27,931 nucleotides of DNA. It comes from Candidatus Micrarchaeaceae archaeon (GTDB lineage Archaea > Micrarchaeota > Micrarchaeia > Micrarchaeales > Micrarchaeaceae). The stretch lies in contig JAVZPY010000001.1 of NCBI GenBank assembly GCA_038881415.1, forward strand, positions 1-27,931. The letters are read 5' to 3'. This document shows, piece by piece, positions 26,585 to 27,931 of this stretch (positions are counted from its first letter, which is position 1; each line of letters starts with the position of its first letter). A model generated the notes under the pieces. That model did no database searches. It was not told where the DNA came from and saw nothing but the letters and a program-made list of their open reading frames with translations. The translations under genes and the position numbers were made by a program.

Positions 26585-27265
26585 ATGGACTTTCTAACTC
26601 TTGATGGCGCGGCAATAGGCAGTGCACTTGTGCTTGCGCTTGCATTTTGGTTTATAGGTGGAAATTATTGGCTTTTCATGATATTGGAGATGTTTCTATT
26701 CCTTTTTGTTTCTGCAATTGTAACTAAAATAGGCACATCTTATAAGAAAAGAAAAAATTTATACCAGAAAAACAGAACTGCAGAGAATGTGGTTGCAAAT
26801 GGGCTGGGTCCACTAATCTTTGCTTGCATACTTTATTTTGGGGCACTGCACTCCATAGCTTTTCTTGAGCACTCTGCAATATTTGGCTTTATAGGAAGTG
26901 TGGCTGCAATTACTGCGGATAAATTTAGCAGCGAATTGGGCGTATTAGACGGAGTACCTCGCATGATATTCACCTTTAAAAAGTGCAAAAAGGGCGAGAG
27001 TGGGGGGCTTACTATATTCGGGCTGCTTGCTGGGGCAGGCGGCTCTTTGGTAATAACTGCTACAGTAATACCGTTTATTAAATATTTCAAGATCGCTTTC
27101 CCAAGCATTTGGATGGCTGCGTTCGCGGTTTTCGTTGGGGGTTTTGCAGGTACTATATCCGATTCTGCTTTCGGCTTCTTTGAAAACAAGGGCTACGGTA
27201 CAAAATACTCTACTAACTTCCTATGCAGCATTGCTGGAGGCTTAATTGCAATGTTTCTTCTTTGA
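26585..27265 (+). CDS. DUF92/TMEM19 family membrane protein
   Basis: Multi-TM; NRTAENVVANG, ADKFSSELG, G.SGGLT..G, GTISDS motifs; ATG 26585 preferred. Confidence 0.88.
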   Translation: MDFLTLDGAAIGSALVLALAFWFIGGNYWLFMILEMFLFLFVSAIVTKIGTSYKKRKNLYQKNRTAENVVANGLGPLIFACILYFGALHSIAFLEHSAIFGFIGSVAAITADKFSSELGVLDGVPRMIFTFKKCKKGESGGLTIFGLLAGAGGSLVITATVIPFIKYFKIAFPSIWMAAFAVFVGGFAGTISDSAFGFFENKGYGTKYSTNFLCSIAGGLIAMFLL

Positions 27266-27270
27266 GCCAA

Positions 27271-27356
27271 TGCGCTAGCCGGGATTTGAACCCGGGCATT
27301 CGGCTTTTTCCGCCAAGATGGGAAGCCGATATCCTACCAGGTTAGATTACTAGCGC
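27271..27356 (-). tRNA. tRNA-Gly(CCC) with a 13-nt intron at position 37/38 (intron 27306-27318)
   Basis: Acceptor GCGCTAG/CTAGCGC plus discriminator A, anticodon stem TCGGC/GCCGA, TTCCCA|TCTTGGCGGAAAA|A, T arm CCGGG-TTCAAAT-CCCGG. Confidence 0.92.
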
Positions 27357-27366
27357 AATTAGCATA

Positions 27367-27931
27367 CTAGCGTATGTATGATGGCTGCACTTCGCCATCT
27401 ACGGCTTGGGCCCCTTGTGAAGCCATCTGTTTCTCTGCAGCTTTTATGGCTTCTGCTGTGTTCTTTATTATTAAATCGATATTGTTCATGTCAACCTTTA
27501 ACTTTAGAACCTCTGATAAGACCATCAAAACAGCTTTTGCAGCGGCTGCGTCTAGATCCATTATCCTGGTTTCGCCCATCAGGCATATGCCTGGAATCTT
27601 TTTCATCTTTGCGAAGGCCAAAAGCATTCCTGCAGAGCCCATTATCGTTCCTCTCGATTTGCCTATTACTATATCAGTATTTTTAAAGGATTTGAATACT
27701 GAAGGGTCTGTTGCATTGGCAAATACCCTTGGTTTTTCATTGCTGCTGTCACCAGAATTGTAACCACCAACAGTAAAGATAAACTTGCCTCCCAACTTAT
27801 TTGAAAAGAAGTCTACTACCTCATCATTAATTGCGTACTGCGCTTCCTGGGTCATTGCCTGCACATCGCCAGTAAGCAGCACTATATCTTGGTTTTTGCG
27901 CTTTATTAAATAAAAGGAGTTGTTGAGCAGG
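27367..27931 (-). CDS. PAC2 family (proteasome assembly chaperone-like) protein, 5' end outside the window
   Basis: LLTGDVQ, FTVGGY, I.GSAG.LL, GICLMGET, D..AAKAVL, C-terminal SYIR; the frame stays open to the window edge. Confidence 0.88.
   Translation of the reverse strand, partial: LLNNSFYLIKRKNQDIVLLTGDVQAMTQEAQYAINDEVVDFFSNKLGGKFIFTVGGYNSGDSSNEKPRVFANATDPSVFKSFKNTDIVIGKSRGTIMGSAGMLLAFAKMKKIPGICLMGETRIMDLDAAAAKAVLMVLSEVLKLKVDMNNIDLIIKNTAEAIKAAEKQMASQGAQAVDGEVQPSYIR

Noticed and set aside
27367-27381. HbYX proteasome-activating tail on the PAC2 protein
   Set aside because: The C-terminus is SYIR with Tyr third from last, typical of this family and not a true HbYX motif.
74-27763. Many antisense or nested ORFs in the six-frame track (e.g. 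74-565, 2603-3100, 5574-6254, 13644-14111, 20062-20520, 20890-21345)
   Set aside because: They lie opposite or inside well-supported genes, are Ser/Phe/Leu-rich shadow frames and show no motifs.
1-27931. CRISPR array, rRNA genes, integrase or prophage genes
   Set aside because: No regularly spaced repeats, rRNA signature sequences or recombinase/viral motifs were seen.

Overview
Gene-dense, core-type window of an archaeal genome, very probably a DPANN archaeon of the Micrarchaeota (ARMAN-2-like). The main evidence is the three-unit epsilon2-type tRNA splicing endonuclease; archaeal RadA, thermosome, L34e/L14e and Dph5 fit this placement. It encodes a SAM methyltransferase, two small unknown ORFs, thermosome, adk-DUF106-rpl34e-rpl14e, a minus-strand run RNHCP-nuoABCD-prefoldin beta-DHH-mre11, D-aminoacyl-tRNA deacylase, a membrane-anchored surface protein, Lhr helicase, a degenerate Trm56, gyrB-gyrA, VKOR, an HD hydrolase, tRNA-Lys(CTT), a beta-carbonic-anhydrase-like protein, radA-dph5-endA, DUF92, an intron-containing tRNA-Gly(CCC) and a 5'-truncated PAC2 gene. 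The most interesting signals are in intergenic DNA. First, a 265-bp IS200/IS605 (tnpB)-derived mini-element keeps both ends, a TTTAA target motif and the omegaRNA-bearing 3' region, and sits between a TATA box and the CA-like gene. Second, two orphan structured RNA candidates start about 30 nt from TATA boxes. Third, a 14-bp inverted repeat overlaps the likely thermosome promoter. Several enzymes carry altered catalytic motifs (Trm56, Mre11, second CA domain). All family assignments come from motif recognition by eye; no database search or folding program was run.
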